A DNA stretch of 64,000 bases from an uncultured Roseivirgaceae bacterium (GCA_964551335.1 CAZKCO010000025.1:12134-76133); one strand, 5' to 3'. Numbered from the stretch's first letter, positions 1 to 9,834 are shown. The notes: generated by a model from the sequence alone, not told the origin. A program made the numbers and translations.

Positions 1-1
1 T

Positions 2-454
2 TAGTAGACGGATCCAAAGTGGATCAGTGCCAAAGTAGTGGGCTACTCCAGCCGCCACACCACCCAATATCTTCCGCTGGGTGTCGCGGTACAATCGGCG
101 CCTTTCTCCTGGTTCTGGCTCAAACGTACCCGCATCGGTAGCGGACTGCCTACTGCCAGTGGTGCCACTAAATGGTTCATCATCGTAATCCAGGGCAGCA
201 AAGTCTTCTACACTACCCATGGTGGCGACCACCGCTTCCACATCGTCGCGGGTGATTACCTGCTTGGATGAGCTAAGCTTCTTAAGGAAAATTTCGGCGA
301 TTCGACTCTCAATGTCGTCGGTAATTTCTTTGCTGTCTTCGTAGTTGGAAAAGTAGCGGGTGATTGAATCGAGATAGCTACGCAGCAATTCGTAGCCATC
401 CTCTTCCACGTGGAAGATTATACCGCTGATATTGATACTTATATTTCGTTTCAT
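2..454 (-). CDS. PspC-domain membrane stress-response protein, N-terminal part (runs off the window start)
   Basis: Not in the ORF track. Manual translation from ATG 454: MKRNISINISGIIFHVEEDGYELLRSYL...IESRIAEIF...RRLYRDTQRKILGGVAAGVAHYFGTDPLWIRLL, typical Bacteroidota PspC. ATG overlaps the padR stop (ATGA). Confidence 0.9.
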   Translation of the reverse strand, partial: MKRNISINISGIIFHVEEDGYELLRSYLDSITRYFSNYEDSKEITDDIESRIAEIFLKKLSSSKQVITRDDVEAVVATMGSVEDFAALDYDDEPFSGTTGSRQSATDAGTFEPEPGERRRLYRDTQRKILGGVAAGVAHYFGTDPLWIRLL

Positions 455-828
455 GATTCTTTTGATTTTTGGGGCTCGGAAACAGGTTGAGCAGTTCCGT
501 TATGGTTGGTTGTAATGTGATTCGTTGATGCGACCAGCTCTTCCCAGGTGGTTTTTAACTGGGTGAGAAACTCCTGCCCGGTGTCGGTCAACGTGTAGTA
601 CTTGCGGGGTGGCCCTGAAGTAGACTCAACCCATTGATAGTCGACCAGTCCGGCTTTCCGGAGGCGGGTTAGTAGCGGGTACAGCGTACCTTCTACTACC
701 ATAATCTTAGCGGAAGTCAGTTCTTCCAGCATATCGGAGGCGTATACTTCGCCTCGGGAGATGATGTGCAGTATGCAGTATTCCAGAATACCTTTGCGCA
801 TCTGCACCTGGGTATTTTCGATTTTCAT
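451..828 (-). CDS. PadR-family transcriptional regulator
   Basis: MRKGILEYCIL...EGTLYPLLTRL...GPPRKYY winged-helix signature; translationally coupled to the PspC gene. Confidence 0.93.
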   Translation of the reverse strand: MKIENTQVQMRKGILEYCILHIISRGEVYASDMLEELTSAKIMVVEGTLYPLLTRLRKAGLVDYQWVESTSGPPRKYYTLTDTGQEFLTQLKTTWEELVASTNHITTNHNGTAQPVSEPQKSKES

Positions 829-885
829 GAATCCATTATTTTCTTGGGTTATTGTTCGGTTAAAGTAGCCGGAGCTACGGTAAAA

Positions 886-1398
886 TTATTCATTGTTGTT
901 TTCTTTAGTTAAATGATCAAAACTAAGTACTCTGGACAGCTTCCATTCGTTATCTTCCAGCAACCAGAGGTGGGTGAAGCGGGCCGTAGATTCCCCGAAG
1001 CGATGCATGCCCCGCTGAATTGCCCCGTAGAGGTTGCTGTTGTTGTAGAGTGGAAACACTTCCAGACTACCTTTCACCAGCTCGCGGCGGGTGGAATTTT
1101 CTCCGCTGCGGCATAAACCTTCCCGCATGGTAGCCATAAATTCGGCTTTGGAGCGGTTTACTCCGCTAATGTCGTGATAAAACTCAAAATCCTCCCCGAC
1201 CAATTGTTCAAACTGGCTTAGCTCGCACTGATTAAACCCTACTTCAAATAATAGGCTATCCTTGGACTTTAGCGTGGTATAGAGTTCGGATGTTTCTCCA
1301 ATCTGCGCATTGGCAGAAGTAAAAACTCCCACTATAACGGCAATAATGATCAGTGCCAGCTGCACAATAAACTTTGATCGAGATAACAGTTGTATCAT
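886..1398 (-). CDS. Secreted NTF2-like / DUF4440 family protein
   Basis: Signal peptide ending ANA; DSLLF..GFNQC, EFYHD..G, RRELV.GSLEVFPL, FTHLWLL motifs. Start moved from 1476 to the ATG at 1398 to fit the signal peptide. Confidence 0.75.
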   Translation of the reverse strand: MIQLLSRSKFIVQLALIIIAVIVGVFTSANAQIGETSELYTTLKSKDSLLFEVGFNQCELSQFEQLVGEDFEFYHDISGVNRSKAEFMATMREGLCRSGENSTRRELVKGSLEVFPLYNNSNLYGAIQRGMHRFGESTARFTHLWLLEDNEWKLSRVLSFDHLTKENNNE

Positions 1399-1833
1399 AG
1401 CAGTAAGAGTTGGGTTAATGTTGTTATCTGTTGTAAAGGTATCGTATAGTACTTTGTTATACAAGGTATCTGGCAAGAAAGTTACACTGCTTAAGAAAAT
1501 TTTTCAATAATCTATATGCCATTCGATCTATAAACCTCAAAATCAGTTATTTACGAACCCACTTATACCTCTATATTTTTTTAAATTCCGGAATAGAATC
1601 TCCTTTGGGTCGTATCAATCAATGACTGAAACAAGTTTTCTACACGTTACCCGAATGGATTCAACAAGAAATTAAGGGTTATTAAGAAGTTCAAAAACTA
1701 ACTTAAAAGTTGTTCCAATTTGTTCTAGCCTAATGGAGAAATAGCCGACTCGTAAACTAGGGTGAAGTAGATGATTAGGAATGCCTTGACTATGAGCGGA
1801 GGTCTTACTATTATGTAAGAAGATTTTTTAGCC

Positions 1834-2556
1834 GTGAAATATTTTTTTGTTTTCAGTTTAGTTGTACTAGTCTTACAGTTGGGGTTTGCTCAGACCGATA
1901 CACTGAATACTTTTCCTGAGCACAGAGTGAAGGGCGGCCCGCAAGCTTTCTACGAGTCAATCCAGAAAACTATTAAATACCCTCGCTCAGCTCGGCAAAA
2001 CAATATCATTGGTACCGCCATTGTTTCAATAACCCTTACCCCTTCCGGTCAAATTACCCTAGATGTTGTCAACTCTTTAGGTCGGAATATTGATTCCGAA
2101 CTTATTGAGGCCTTCGAAAACATCCGGAAGCTCTGGCTGGCCGATAGTCTACAACAGCAGGATGTAATACTATTCTTCCCGGTGACATTTCTGATCGATG
2201 GATCAAACTTTCAACGAACCGATCATCTGGCAGGGTTTCTAATGGAAGAAATAGTGGTAGTTGCCTATCAGACCGGCGGTGGTAGAGCAAGAGTACGAGA
2301 CGATTATTCGCTTTATGAAAAAGCAGTTACTTTTTATCAGGATAAGAAATTTGATAAGGCAGTAAAATTTCTGGACGAGCTCATCCGCCGTGATCCCTAC
2401 AACCCCAGTTACTATAAAATGCGCGCCTATAGCCATCTTGAATTAGGTGATAAGGTTTCGGCCTGTCATGACTACCAACAACTACCCGTCCTGCTACATC
2501 AACCCATGCCACCAGCAGCACGAAACCTTTGCCATTCTGTTTTGAATCTTCAATAA
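1834..2556 (+). CDS. Energy-transducer TonB C-terminal domain plus TPR protein
   Basis: Signal peptide; GGPQAFY..I.YP..AR...I.G TonB_C motif; C-terminal TPR ending ACHDY. Confidence 0.75.
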   Translation: MKYFFVFSLVVLVLQLGFAQTDTLNTFPEHRVKGGPQAFYESIQKTIKYPRSARQNNIIGTAIVSITLTPSGQITLDVVNSLGRNIDSELIEAFENIRKLWLADSLQQQDVILFFPVTFLIDGSNFQRTDHLAGFLMEEIVVVAYQTGGGRARVRDDYSLYEKAVTFYQDKKFDKAVKFLDELIRRDPYNPSYYKMRAYSHLELGDKVSACHDYQQLPVLLHQPMPPAARNLCHSVLNLQ

Positions 2557-2574
2557 GTGAGTTGAAGACTTAGC

Positions 2575-2934
2575 TTGTTAAAACTAATCGCAAGGGTGCA
2601 AGTTGTAGCGTCGTTGGAGACAAAGCTTTTGCAAAGAGAGTATATTGAGCTGACTAACGAAGCAATGCCGAGCATAGCTACAAATAAACGTAGGCCACTG
2701 CGGTTTAATCACTGCTTTCAGCGAATCATTTTGGAAACACTTTTTCAGGATTGCTGGCATAATCACCTGGATCGATCCAGCCGTATTCCAACTTATAAGC
2801 AGTTAACCAAACCTCGGTTGTTGCAAGCCATGGACATTGTGCAACAAATGATTTCCTCGCCAGAAACCATAAAAGAATATAATTGCAATAGCTTAACCTA
2901 CCGGAATAAATTACTTAATCCAACCAACTACTGA
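2575..2934 (+). CDS. Conserved hypothetical protein (RFNHCFQRIIL...CW...PTYKQL family)
   Basis: 119-aa ORF ending 7 bp before the next gene. True start may be the TTG at 2614. Confidence 0.65.
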   Translation: MLKLIARVQVVASLETKLLQREYIELTNEAMPSIATNKRRPLRFNHCFQRIILETLFQDCWHNHLDRSSRIPTYKQLTKPRLLQAMDIVQQMISSPETIKEYNCNSLTYRNKLLNPTNY

Positions 2935-2941
2935 TTTACTA

Positions 2942-3541
2942 ATGATATCATCTGAATCTGAACTTACTGAAATATTAGACCATGTTTGGGGAATGCTGGT
3001 GCGCGGCGGAGCCGACAAGAAACACGCTTACCATTTTCCGGTATTGGCTACCTACGGCTCTTTAGGAATTGAACAACGTACCGTAATACTCCGCAAAGCT
3101 GATAAAGCGACCCGTCAGTTAATTTGCTACTCTGATCAACGTACGCGAAAAGTGGATGATTTGCAACAGCAAACTTCCGCGCACTGGCTCTTTTACGACT
3201 ACGGAAGCAAAGAGCAGATTAGAGCCAAAGTAACCGTGCAGTTACACCACCAAAATGAAGTGGCTAAGCAAGTATGGCAGGAGATCCCTTCTTCCGCCCG
3301 AGGCGACTATGTCGGTCCACTGCCACCAGGCACTCTGACTAAACAATATACTGATAATTTGCCCGACAGCTTTCGAGAAGAGCCTACCGAAGGGAATACC
3401 CAACAAGGAATAGAAAACTTTGTGCTGATCATAAGCGAAGTACAGCAACTGGATTTTCTGAAATTAGGGCGAGAAGGTCACCTCCGGGCGCAGTTCACCT
3501 GGAATCAAACCCATTGGGAAAGTAGCTGGCTAGCACCCTAA
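2942..3541 (+). CDS. Pyridoxamine 5'-phosphate oxidase-like FMN-binding protein
   Basis: PVLAT, RTVILR, DQRTRKV, WLFYD...QIR split-barrel motifs. Confidence 0.85.
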   Translation: MISSESELTEILDHVWGMLVRGGADKKHAYHFPVLATYGSLGIEQRTVILRKADKATRQLICYSDQRTRKVDDLQQQTSAHWLFYDYGSKEQIRAKVTVQLHHQNEVAKQVWQEIPSSARGDYVGPLPPGTLTKQYTDNLPDSFREEPTEGNTQQGIENFVLIISEVQQLDFLKLGREGHLRAQFTWNQTHWESSWLAP

Positions 3542-3651
3542 ACAAAAGCAAAGATATCGGTAAAGGCAATGAGTCCAATCGTTACCAGCAGCAAAATGGT
3601 AAGCAGAATTGTGGCTGGGCCGTCGAAAATTACTTTTAACAGTTTATCCAT
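3538..3651 (-). CDS. Putative 37-aa single-pass membrane protein
   Basis: Below the ORF-track cutoff: MDKLLKVIFDGPATILLTILLLVTIGLIAFTDIFAFV*. ATG lies 2 bp after the stop of the 60-aa ORF. Confidence 0.5.
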   Translation of the reverse strand: MDKLLKVIFDGPATILLTILLLVTIGLIAFTDIFAFV

Positions 3652-3653
3652 AA

Positions 3654-3836
3654 TCAAGCAGTAGTAGGCTCGTCTTCCTGAGGAGCTGTTTGAGCAGGTT
3701 CTACTTCTTCTATTTCAGTATCTTCTTTTTGTACCAATAAAAAGTGGGTGAACGTTAGCGCGGCAATCAATCCGATTAGCCCCCCTACTATCCAGGTAAA
3801 TAGTTCCAGACCTTCGGTCCCGTTTGCATCAAACAT
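3654..3836 (-). CDS. Putative 60-aa single-pass membrane protein with acidic tail
   Basis: One hydrophobic helix then an E/P-rich tail; fills an otherwise empty intergenic gap. Confidence 0.6.
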   Translation of the reverse strand: MFDANGTEGLELFTWIVGGLIGLIAALTFTHFLLVQKEDTEIEEVEPAQTAPQEDEPTTA

Positions 3837-3993
3837 ATGGCATGAATTAGTTCAACGTTTATTGTATAAGTTGAGATCATCAACCTTACTATCTCATTAA
3901 CCCCGGTCACCTAAATTAGGTTGGGTCTTGACCGAAAAAAGGTTAGAGAATATCAATTCGGGCGCAATTTTACCAAATTACTCAAAAACATAC

Positions 3994-4001
3994 TAGTTTT
4001 G
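3994..4001 (+). promoter_or_regulatory. Bacteroidota -7 promoter element (TAGTTTTG)
   Basis: Matches TAnnTTTG ~100 bp upstream of the msbA-like gene. Confidence 0.45.
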
Positions 4002-4100
4002 CCCCAGTTTTATCCCTGAGTTAAGATATCAGTAACCTGTCCCGCCTAAATGCGTTCACTCATTGAATTGATTGATATAAGAGTCAGCTAGTAAATCAAT

Positions 4101-5933
4101 ATGAAAACCTACTTACGGATTCTTTCCTTTGCAAAACCCTATCGGCAATATATTCCTCAATACCTGCTGTATGCCTCACTTTCAATCATCTTTGGGTTAA
4201 TCAATTTAACACTACTGATCCCATTATTTGAGGTGCTGTTTAACCAAGTAGATGATCCTACCTTGGCCGATATGCGGAGTATACCGGAGTTTTCTTTTTC
4301 GGTCAACTACATCCTGGAGGTTTTCAATTATTACTTTATTAGTGTAATTGATACCTACGGCAAAGTTGGGGCACTAGCTTTCGTCTGCGGAATTATCGTC
4401 ATTTCGGTTATGCTAGCCAACTTTTTTCGATACGTTGCGGGCATTACTCTCGCTAAAATTAGGGCAACCACCATTCAGCGGCTTCGATTAAGCATTTTCG
4501 ATCAGGCTTCTCGATTGCATATGGGCTATTTTACCAACGAGCGTAAGGGCGATATCATGTCGAGAATGACTAATGATATGCAAGAAGTTGAAGGCTCGGT
4601 TGTTAACTCTCTAAAGATGCTCTTTCGAGATCCAGCGACCATTACGGGCTATTTCGCGGTACTGCTGTTTATGTCTCCTCAGCTGACGGTTTTCGTATTA
4701 CTGGTTTTACTCCTTTCCGGGCTAACTATTGCTCAGATTACCAAACGCCTAAAGCGTAAGGCCACCGAAAGCCAAGAGTCATTGGGCCGCATTGTAGGAA
4801 TTCTGGATGAAGTACTATCGGGCATGCGAATTATCAAGGCATTTAATGCTCGACAACTGGTTTATAACACTTTTGAAAAGGAGGTAAAGCACTACACTCG
4901 TACCACTATTTCTATGGCACGTAAGCAGGAACTAGCCTCTCCCCTTTCCGAATTTTTAGGAGTTTCGGTAGTTGCACTCATTCTGCTTTACGGTGGTATA
5001 CTGGTACTCAATAATGATTCTTCGCTCAGTGCCAGTGAGTTTATCACCTATATTATCATCTTCTCTCAAATGCTTAACCCCGCTCGCTCCATCAGTAACT
5101 CGATCAGCGGTATTCAGCGGGGACTGGCTTCGGGAGATCGGATCTTTAAAATTATTGATACTGAGCCTCAGATTTTCGACTTTCCCAACGCTAAATCTCT
5201 TCCAAAGTTTACTAGCCAGATTCGTTTTGAGAATATTTCTTTTGCTTACGATGATGAACCGGTAATAGAGAATATCAATCTGACTATTAAAAAAGGACAG
5301 ACCATCGCCTTGGTAGGCCCCTCAGGAGGAGGTAAGTCGACTTTAGCTGATCTTCTACCGCGCTTCTACGATCCTACGCAAGGGACTATCTACCTAGACG
5401 ACATCCCGTTACAGGATTATCAGTTGACGGAACTACGACAGCAAATGGGAATTGTAACCCAGGAGTCAATACTGTTTAATGATACCATTTACAATAACAT
5501 TACCTTCGGTAAACCCAATGCTACCGAAGAAGAAGTAATACAGGCGGCTAAAATTGCAAATGCCCACGATTTTATTATGGATTCTCCCCAGCAGTATCAG
5601 ACTACGGTGGGCGAACGAGGAACGAAGTTATCGGGTGGGCAGCGGCAGCGCCTTAGTATTGCCCGGGCGGTACTAAAAAATCCTGCTATTCTTATTCTGG
5701 ACGAAGCTACTTCCGCCCTTGATTCCGAATCGGAGCGTTTGGTGCAGGATGCCCTCACTCATCTTATGCAAAACCGTACGTCGCTGGTCATCGCCCACCG
5801 GTTAAGTACCATCCAGCACGCCGACGAAATTGTGGTGGTACAACATGGCAAAATTGTACAAAAGGGCACCCACCTGGAGTTGGTCGAAGAAGGGGGGCTT
5901 TACCGCAAGCTTACCGAAATGCAAGCCGTTTAG
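4101..5933 (+). CDS. msbA: MsbA-like ABC exporter (TMD+NBD), probable lipid A flippase
   Basis: Walker A GPSGGGKST, LSGGQRQR, ILDEATSALD, AHRLST; next to gmhA. Confidence 0.8.
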   Translation: MKTYLRILSFAKPYRQYIPQYLLYASLSIIFGLINLTLLIPLFEVLFNQVDDPTLADMRSIPEFSFSVNYILEVFNYYFISVIDTYGKVGALAFVCGIIVISVMLANFFRYVAGITLAKIRATTIQRLRLSIFDQASRLHMGYFTNERKGDIMSRMTNDMQEVEGSVVNSLKMLFRDPATITGYFAVLLFMSPQLTVFVLLVLLLSGLTIAQITKRLKRKATESQESLGRIVGILDEVLSGMRIIKAFNARQLVYNTFEKEVKHYTRTTISMARKQELASPLSEFLGVSVVALILLYGGILVLNNDSSLSASEFITYIIIFSQMLNPARSISNSISGIQRGLASGDRIFKIIDTEPQIFDFPNAKSLPKFTSQIRFENISFAYDDEPVIENINLTIKKGQTIALVGPSGGGKSTLADLLPRFYDPTQGTIYLDDIPLQDYQLTELRQQMGIVTQESILFNDTIYNNITFGKPNATEEEVIQAAKIANAHDFIMDSPQQYQTTVGERGTKLSGGQRQRLSIARAVLKNPAILILDEATSALDSESERLVQDALTHLMQNRTSLVIAHRLSTIQHADEIVVVQHGKIVQKGTHLELVEEGGLYRKLTEMQAV

Positions 5934-6009
5934 AAGGAAACAAAGTAGGGAGGTTGGTTCGTTAACTAATTAGTAACTTCTATATTTACCGCAACAAACC
6001 TATGTACTC

Positions 6010-6384
6010 ATGAAACCTATTCGTTTATTTTTTTACATCCTGCTCTTATTTTTCCACGCTACCCTCGTTGCTTTCGCCCTTAACCTCAACGATGGGGTAG
6101 CTAATAATCTGGTAAAAAACTCCAGTGCTGTAATTACTTTCAGCCTAGTTGGCCTGGGCTTGTTCCTGGTAGTTTTTGGGTTTGCCATACTCGACCGCCG
6201 GAATTTCCAGAAGCGGCTTGATAAGGTGGAGGCGGAAAAAAATGAGATCAAAGCCCAGGTATACGATATGAAACGCCGGGAAGATGAAATAGACCAAGAG
6301 ATTAAATCATTTGAATCGTCGATCAATACCGAGCGTTCTCAGACGAAAGATGACGACGATACCGACCAACCTGCCCGCCTGTGA
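6010..6384 (+). CDS. Two-TM plus coiled-coil membrane protein (LapA-like topology)
   Basis: Two hydrophobic helices then a charged heptad tail; stop overlaps the gmhA start. Confidence 0.65.
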   Translation: MKPIRLFFYILLLFFHATLVAFALNLNDGVANNLVKNSSAVITFSLVGLGLFLVVFGFAILDRRNFQKRLDKVEAEKNEIKAQVYDMKRREDEIDQEIKSFESSINTERSQTKDDDDTDQPARL

Positions 6385-6962
6385 AAGAAATTATCCGCAG
6401 CGAGCTGCTGGAAGCCACCCAGGTTCTGAATACCTTTCTGGAAGACGGACAGCAATTAGCCAACATTGAACGAGCCGCTGCCCTCCTTGCGGAAAGTATA
6501 TTGGCGGGAGGTAAAATTATTAGTTGCGGCAACGGTGGTTCTCACTGCGATGCTATGCACTTTGCCGAAGAACTCAGCGGACGGTATCGGGAGAACCGCC
6601 GGGCACTACCCGCTATTGCTATCTCTGACCCCAGCCATATTTCTTGTGTGGGCAACGACTACGGCTACGATCAGGTTTTTTCCCGATTTATTGAAGGCTT
6701 AGGGAAACCGGAAGACTCGCTGCTGGGTATCAGCACCAGCGGTAATTCAGCCAACGTATTGAAAGCCGTCGAGTCAGCCCGCTCTAAGGATATGAAAGTA
6801 GTTTTGTTAACCGGAAAGGATGGCGGTAAACTAGCCGGAAAGGCCGACATCGAAATCCGGGTTCCGCACTTTGGTTACGCCGACCGTATTCAGGAAATTC
6901 ACATCAAAGTCATCCATATCCTCATCCTTCTTATTGAAAAACAGCTGATTACAACTTCGTAA
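6381..6962 (+). CDS. gmhA: D-sedoheptulose 7-phosphate isomerase
   Basis: [33 protein letters not shown]-domain motifs. Confidence 0.93.
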   Translation: MKEIIRSELLEATQVLNTFLEDGQQLANIERAAALLAESILAGGKIISCGNGGSHCDAMHFAEELSGRYRENRRALPAIAISDPSHISCVGNDYGYDQVFSRFIEGLGKPEDSLLGISTSGNSANVLKAVESARSKDMKVVLLTGKDGGKLAGKADIEIRVPHFGYADRIQEIHIKVIHILILLIEKQLITTS

Positions 6963-7046
6963 GTTACGCTTTTTTCCTACATCTCTGCCAAATATCAAAT
7001 AATCTGTTTGTCCGATATTTGTCGGTTTATCATCTTTGAATTCTTA

Positions 7047-7081
7047 TTCATTGTCAACTATCCATTTTCAATTATCAACTA
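7047..7081. repeat. Degenerate heptamer tandem repeat (5 units)
   Basis: TTCATTG TCAACTA TCCATTT TCAATTA TCAACTA immediately before comM. Confidence 0.5.
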
Positions 7082-7087
7082 TTATTG

Positions 7088-8623
7088 ATGTTAGCGAAGA
7101 CGTACGGCGGAGCGGTTTACGGAGTTGATGCTTACCTGATTACTATCGAAGTAAGTGTGGGACAGGGCACTAAATTTTATATGGTTGGTTTGCCCGATAG
7201 TGCGGTGAAAGAAAGTGAACAACGGGTAGAAGCGGCGATCAAACATTCCGGCTACTCCATGCCTCGGATTAAAACCGTGGTGAATCTCGCCCCAGCTGAC
7301 ATTCGGAAGGAGGGTTCAGCCTACGACCTCCCAATTGCAATCGGAATTTTGGCTGCTTCTGGTCAGATTCAGGATGGCCGTTTGGATAAATATCTAATGA
7401 TGGGTGAACTTTCACTGGATGGTATTCTTCGTCCTATTCGGGGAGTGCTGCCCATTGCGGTAGAAGCCCGTAGACACGGGTTCAAGGGGTTTATCCTTCC
7501 TAAAGAAAACGCTCAGGAGGCGGCTATTGTAAATAACCTGGACGTGATTGGAGTAGAAACCCTGGCCGACACGATTGAATTTCTGGAAGGAACTCGAAAG
7601 ATAGAACCGCTATGGCACGAAACCCGCGACATCTTTTTTGAGGAGATCAAACAGTTTGAAGTTGACTTTGCCGATGTACAGGGCCACGAAAGTATCAAAC
7701 GAGCACTAGAGGTTGCTGCTGCGGGCGGACATAACGTAATTATGGTTGGCCCTCCCGGTTCAGGAAAAACCATGCTGGCCCGCCGAATACCTACTATTCT
7801 TCCTCCCCTCACGCTACACGAAGCCCTGGAAACGACTAAAATACATTCCGTGGCCGGTAAGCTAGACTCGAATACTTCTTTAATTGCACAGCGTCCGTTC
7901 TGTGCTCCCCATCATACTATTAGCGATGCAGCCTTGGTAGGAGGCGGAAATGTTCCCCAGCCCGGTCAGATTTCTCTGGCGCACAACGGCATTTTATTCC
8001 TTGATGAGTTACCGGAATTTAAGCGCACCGTGTTGGAAGTGCTGCGGCAACCTTTAGAAGAACGCTCGGTAACGATATCGAGGGCAAAAGGAACGGTAGA
8101 CTTTCCGGCTAATTTTATGTTGATTGCCAGCATGAATCCCAGTCCTTCCGGCGACTTTTACGATAAGCAGCTAGGCCACCCTGATTCTCCGGCGGCAGTA
8201 CAACGCTATTTAAACAAGATCAGTGGTCCGTTGCTCGACCGCATTGACATTCACGTTGAGGTGAATCCCGTCTCTTTTGACGAGATGACCGCTAACCGGA
8301 AAACGGAAGGTAGTGCACTTATCCGGGATCGGGTGGTAGCTGCCCGCAAGCTGCAAACCGTACGGTTTAAGGATAAGGGTATTTATTGCAACGCCATGAT
8401 GCCACCGCCGATGGTGAAAGAAATCTGCCAAATTTCTTCAGCGGGTAAAACACTGCTGAAAACGGCTATGGAACGGCTCGGTCTGTCATCACGCGCCTAC
8501 GACCGCATTCTGAAGGTTTCGAGAACTATTGCTGATCTCAATAATTCGTCGGAAATTGCTGTTGAACACCTAGCTGAGGCCATTCAGTATCGTAGTTTGG
8601 ATCGGGAAGGCTGGAACGGATAA
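7088..8623 (+). CDS. comM: YifB/ComM family Mg-chelatase-like AAA+ ATPase
   Basis: VGLPDSAVKES, NLAPADIRKEG, GPPGSGKT, PHHTIS, LFLDE, SGPLLDRID. Confidence 0.9.
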   Translation: MLAKTYGGAVYGVDAYLITIEVSVGQGTKFYMVGLPDSAVKESEQRVEAAIKHSGYSMPRIKTVVNLAPADIRKEGSAYDLPIAIGILAASGQIQDGRLDKYLMMGELSLDGILRPIRGVLPIAVEARRHGFKGFILPKENAQEAAIVNNLDVIGVETLADTIEFLEGTRKIEPLWHETRDIFFEEIKQFEVDFADVQGHESIKRALEVAAAGGHNVIMVGPPGSGKTMLARRIPTILPPLTLHEALETTKIHSVAGKLDSNTSLIAQRPFCAPHHTISDAALVGGGNVPQPGQISLAHNGILFLDELPEFKRTVLEVLRQPLEERSVTISRAKGTVDFPANFMLIASMNPSPSGDFYDKQLGHPDSPAAVQRYLNKISGPLLDRIDIHVEVNPVSFDEMTANRKTEGSALIRDRVVAARKLQTVRFKDKGIYCNAMMPPPMVKEICQISSAGKTLLKTAMERLGLSSRAYDRILKVSRTIADLNNSSEIAVEHLAEAIQYRSLDREGWNG

Positions 8624-8679
8624 ACCAATCTGGAATAACTTCTGTTCTTGTCTTCGTAGAAACTATGTTGGAATAGATT

Positions 8680-9228
8680 ATGGTGCAAAAAATTGTGCAC
8701 AGCTTACGGCTTTTTCGTTATTGGCATCGCTGGTTAGGGCTTTTTTTACTAACCTTTATTCTCATTAGCGCCATCACCGGCATACTTCTGGCCTGGAAAA
8801 AAGAAGCTGATTTGTTGCAACCTCCTACTCAGGAATCGTCATTTATTGAATCAGAGAAACCTTGGCTCAGTGTAGAGAAGATTTGTGAGATTGCTCAAGA
8901 GGTAATTGTCCAAAACAATCCGAATCAACCATTGGCTATTGACCGATTGGATATCCGGCCGGATAAGGGTATTGTAAAAGTTCTGTTCGCCAGTTATTGG
9001 GAGGTGCAAGTTGACGGGTATTCGGGTGAGGTATTCTCCATTGCCAAACGGCATTCTGACTGGATTGAGAAAATTCACGACGGTTCAATAATCAGTGAAG
9101 GTTTTAAATTGTGGTCAATGAATACGCTTGGTATTGGTTTAATACTTCTTTCCCTTACCGGTATTTGGTTATGGTTAGGGCCTAAGCGGGTTCGTGAATT
9201 GAAGAGACAACACAAATCAACGGTTTAA
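8680..9228 (+). CDS. PepSY-associated TM helix domain protein
   Basis: HRWLGL...TGILL, IEKIHDG, LSLTGIWLW. Confidence 0.85.
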   Translation: MVQKIVHSLRLFRYWHRWLGLFLLTFILISAITGILLAWKKEADLLQPPTQESSFIESEKPWLSVEKICEIAQEVIVQNNPNQPLAIDRLDIRPDKGIVKVLFASYWEVQVDGYSGEVFSIAKRHSDWIEKIHDGSIISEGFKLWSMNTLGIGLILLSLTGIWLWLGPKRVRELKRQHKSTV

Positions 9229-9262
9229 CCGTTATCATTTAGTAGTTACCGCTAGAAAACTA

Positions 9263-9270
9263 TACTTTTG
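9263..9270 (+). promoter_or_regulatory. Bacteroidota -7 promoter element (TACTTTTG)
   Basis: Matches TAnnTTTG. It overlaps the ORF-track TTG start, implying the real start is ATG 9289. Confidence 0.5.
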
Positions 9271-9288
9271 CGTGAATTTAAACCGCTT

Positions 9289-9825
9289 ATGAATCGAACA
9301 ATTTTTCTATTTCTCAGCTTTGTTGGATTGATGTTTATTTTTCAGCAATGTGCTCCTTCTAAGACTATATCTACGCAAAAATCAGAAGATTACGAAGAAG
9401 ACATCAGCCGCTACCGCATACAGTATACCGATTCCATTGCCCAGACTACAGCTACCGATGATTCGGTAGTATCTAATCCGGAAGAGAGAGTCATGGTATC
9501 TACTTTGGAAACACCATACTCGGTAACTGAAGATATGTCTGAATTTTTTCAGGCGGTAGATGATTTGAACCGAGAGCGCAATGAATACCAGGGGTTTACC
9601 CTACAGGTTTACGCTGGTAATAGCCGCGAGCAGGCAAATGAGGCCAAATTAAAGGTATACGATGCCCTACCCGATTCCGAGCCAAAAGTAGCTTTTAATA
9701 CTCTTTTTCGTGTGCGCGTTGGTGAGTACAATGACCGCCTGGAAGCCCAAGAAGACTATATCGCCCTCAAACAGGTGTTCCCCAATGTTCTATTCGTACC
9801 CGCTACTTTCCGGGTAGTTAATTAA
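9289..9825 (+). CDS. SPOR-domain lipoprotein
   Basis: Lipobox FQQC; C-terminal GFTLQVYAG...FRVRVG SPOR motif. Confidence 0.85.
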   Translation: MNRTIFLFLSFVGLMFIFQQCAPSKTISTQKSEDYEEDISRYRIQYTDSIAQTTATDDSVVSNPEERVMVSTLETPYSVTEDMSEFFQAVDDLNRERNEYQGFTLQVYAGNSREQANEAKLKVYDALPDSEPKVAFNTLFRVRVGEYNDRLEAQEDYIALKQVFPNVLFVPATFRVVN

Positions 9826-9834
9826 TCGCATTCT

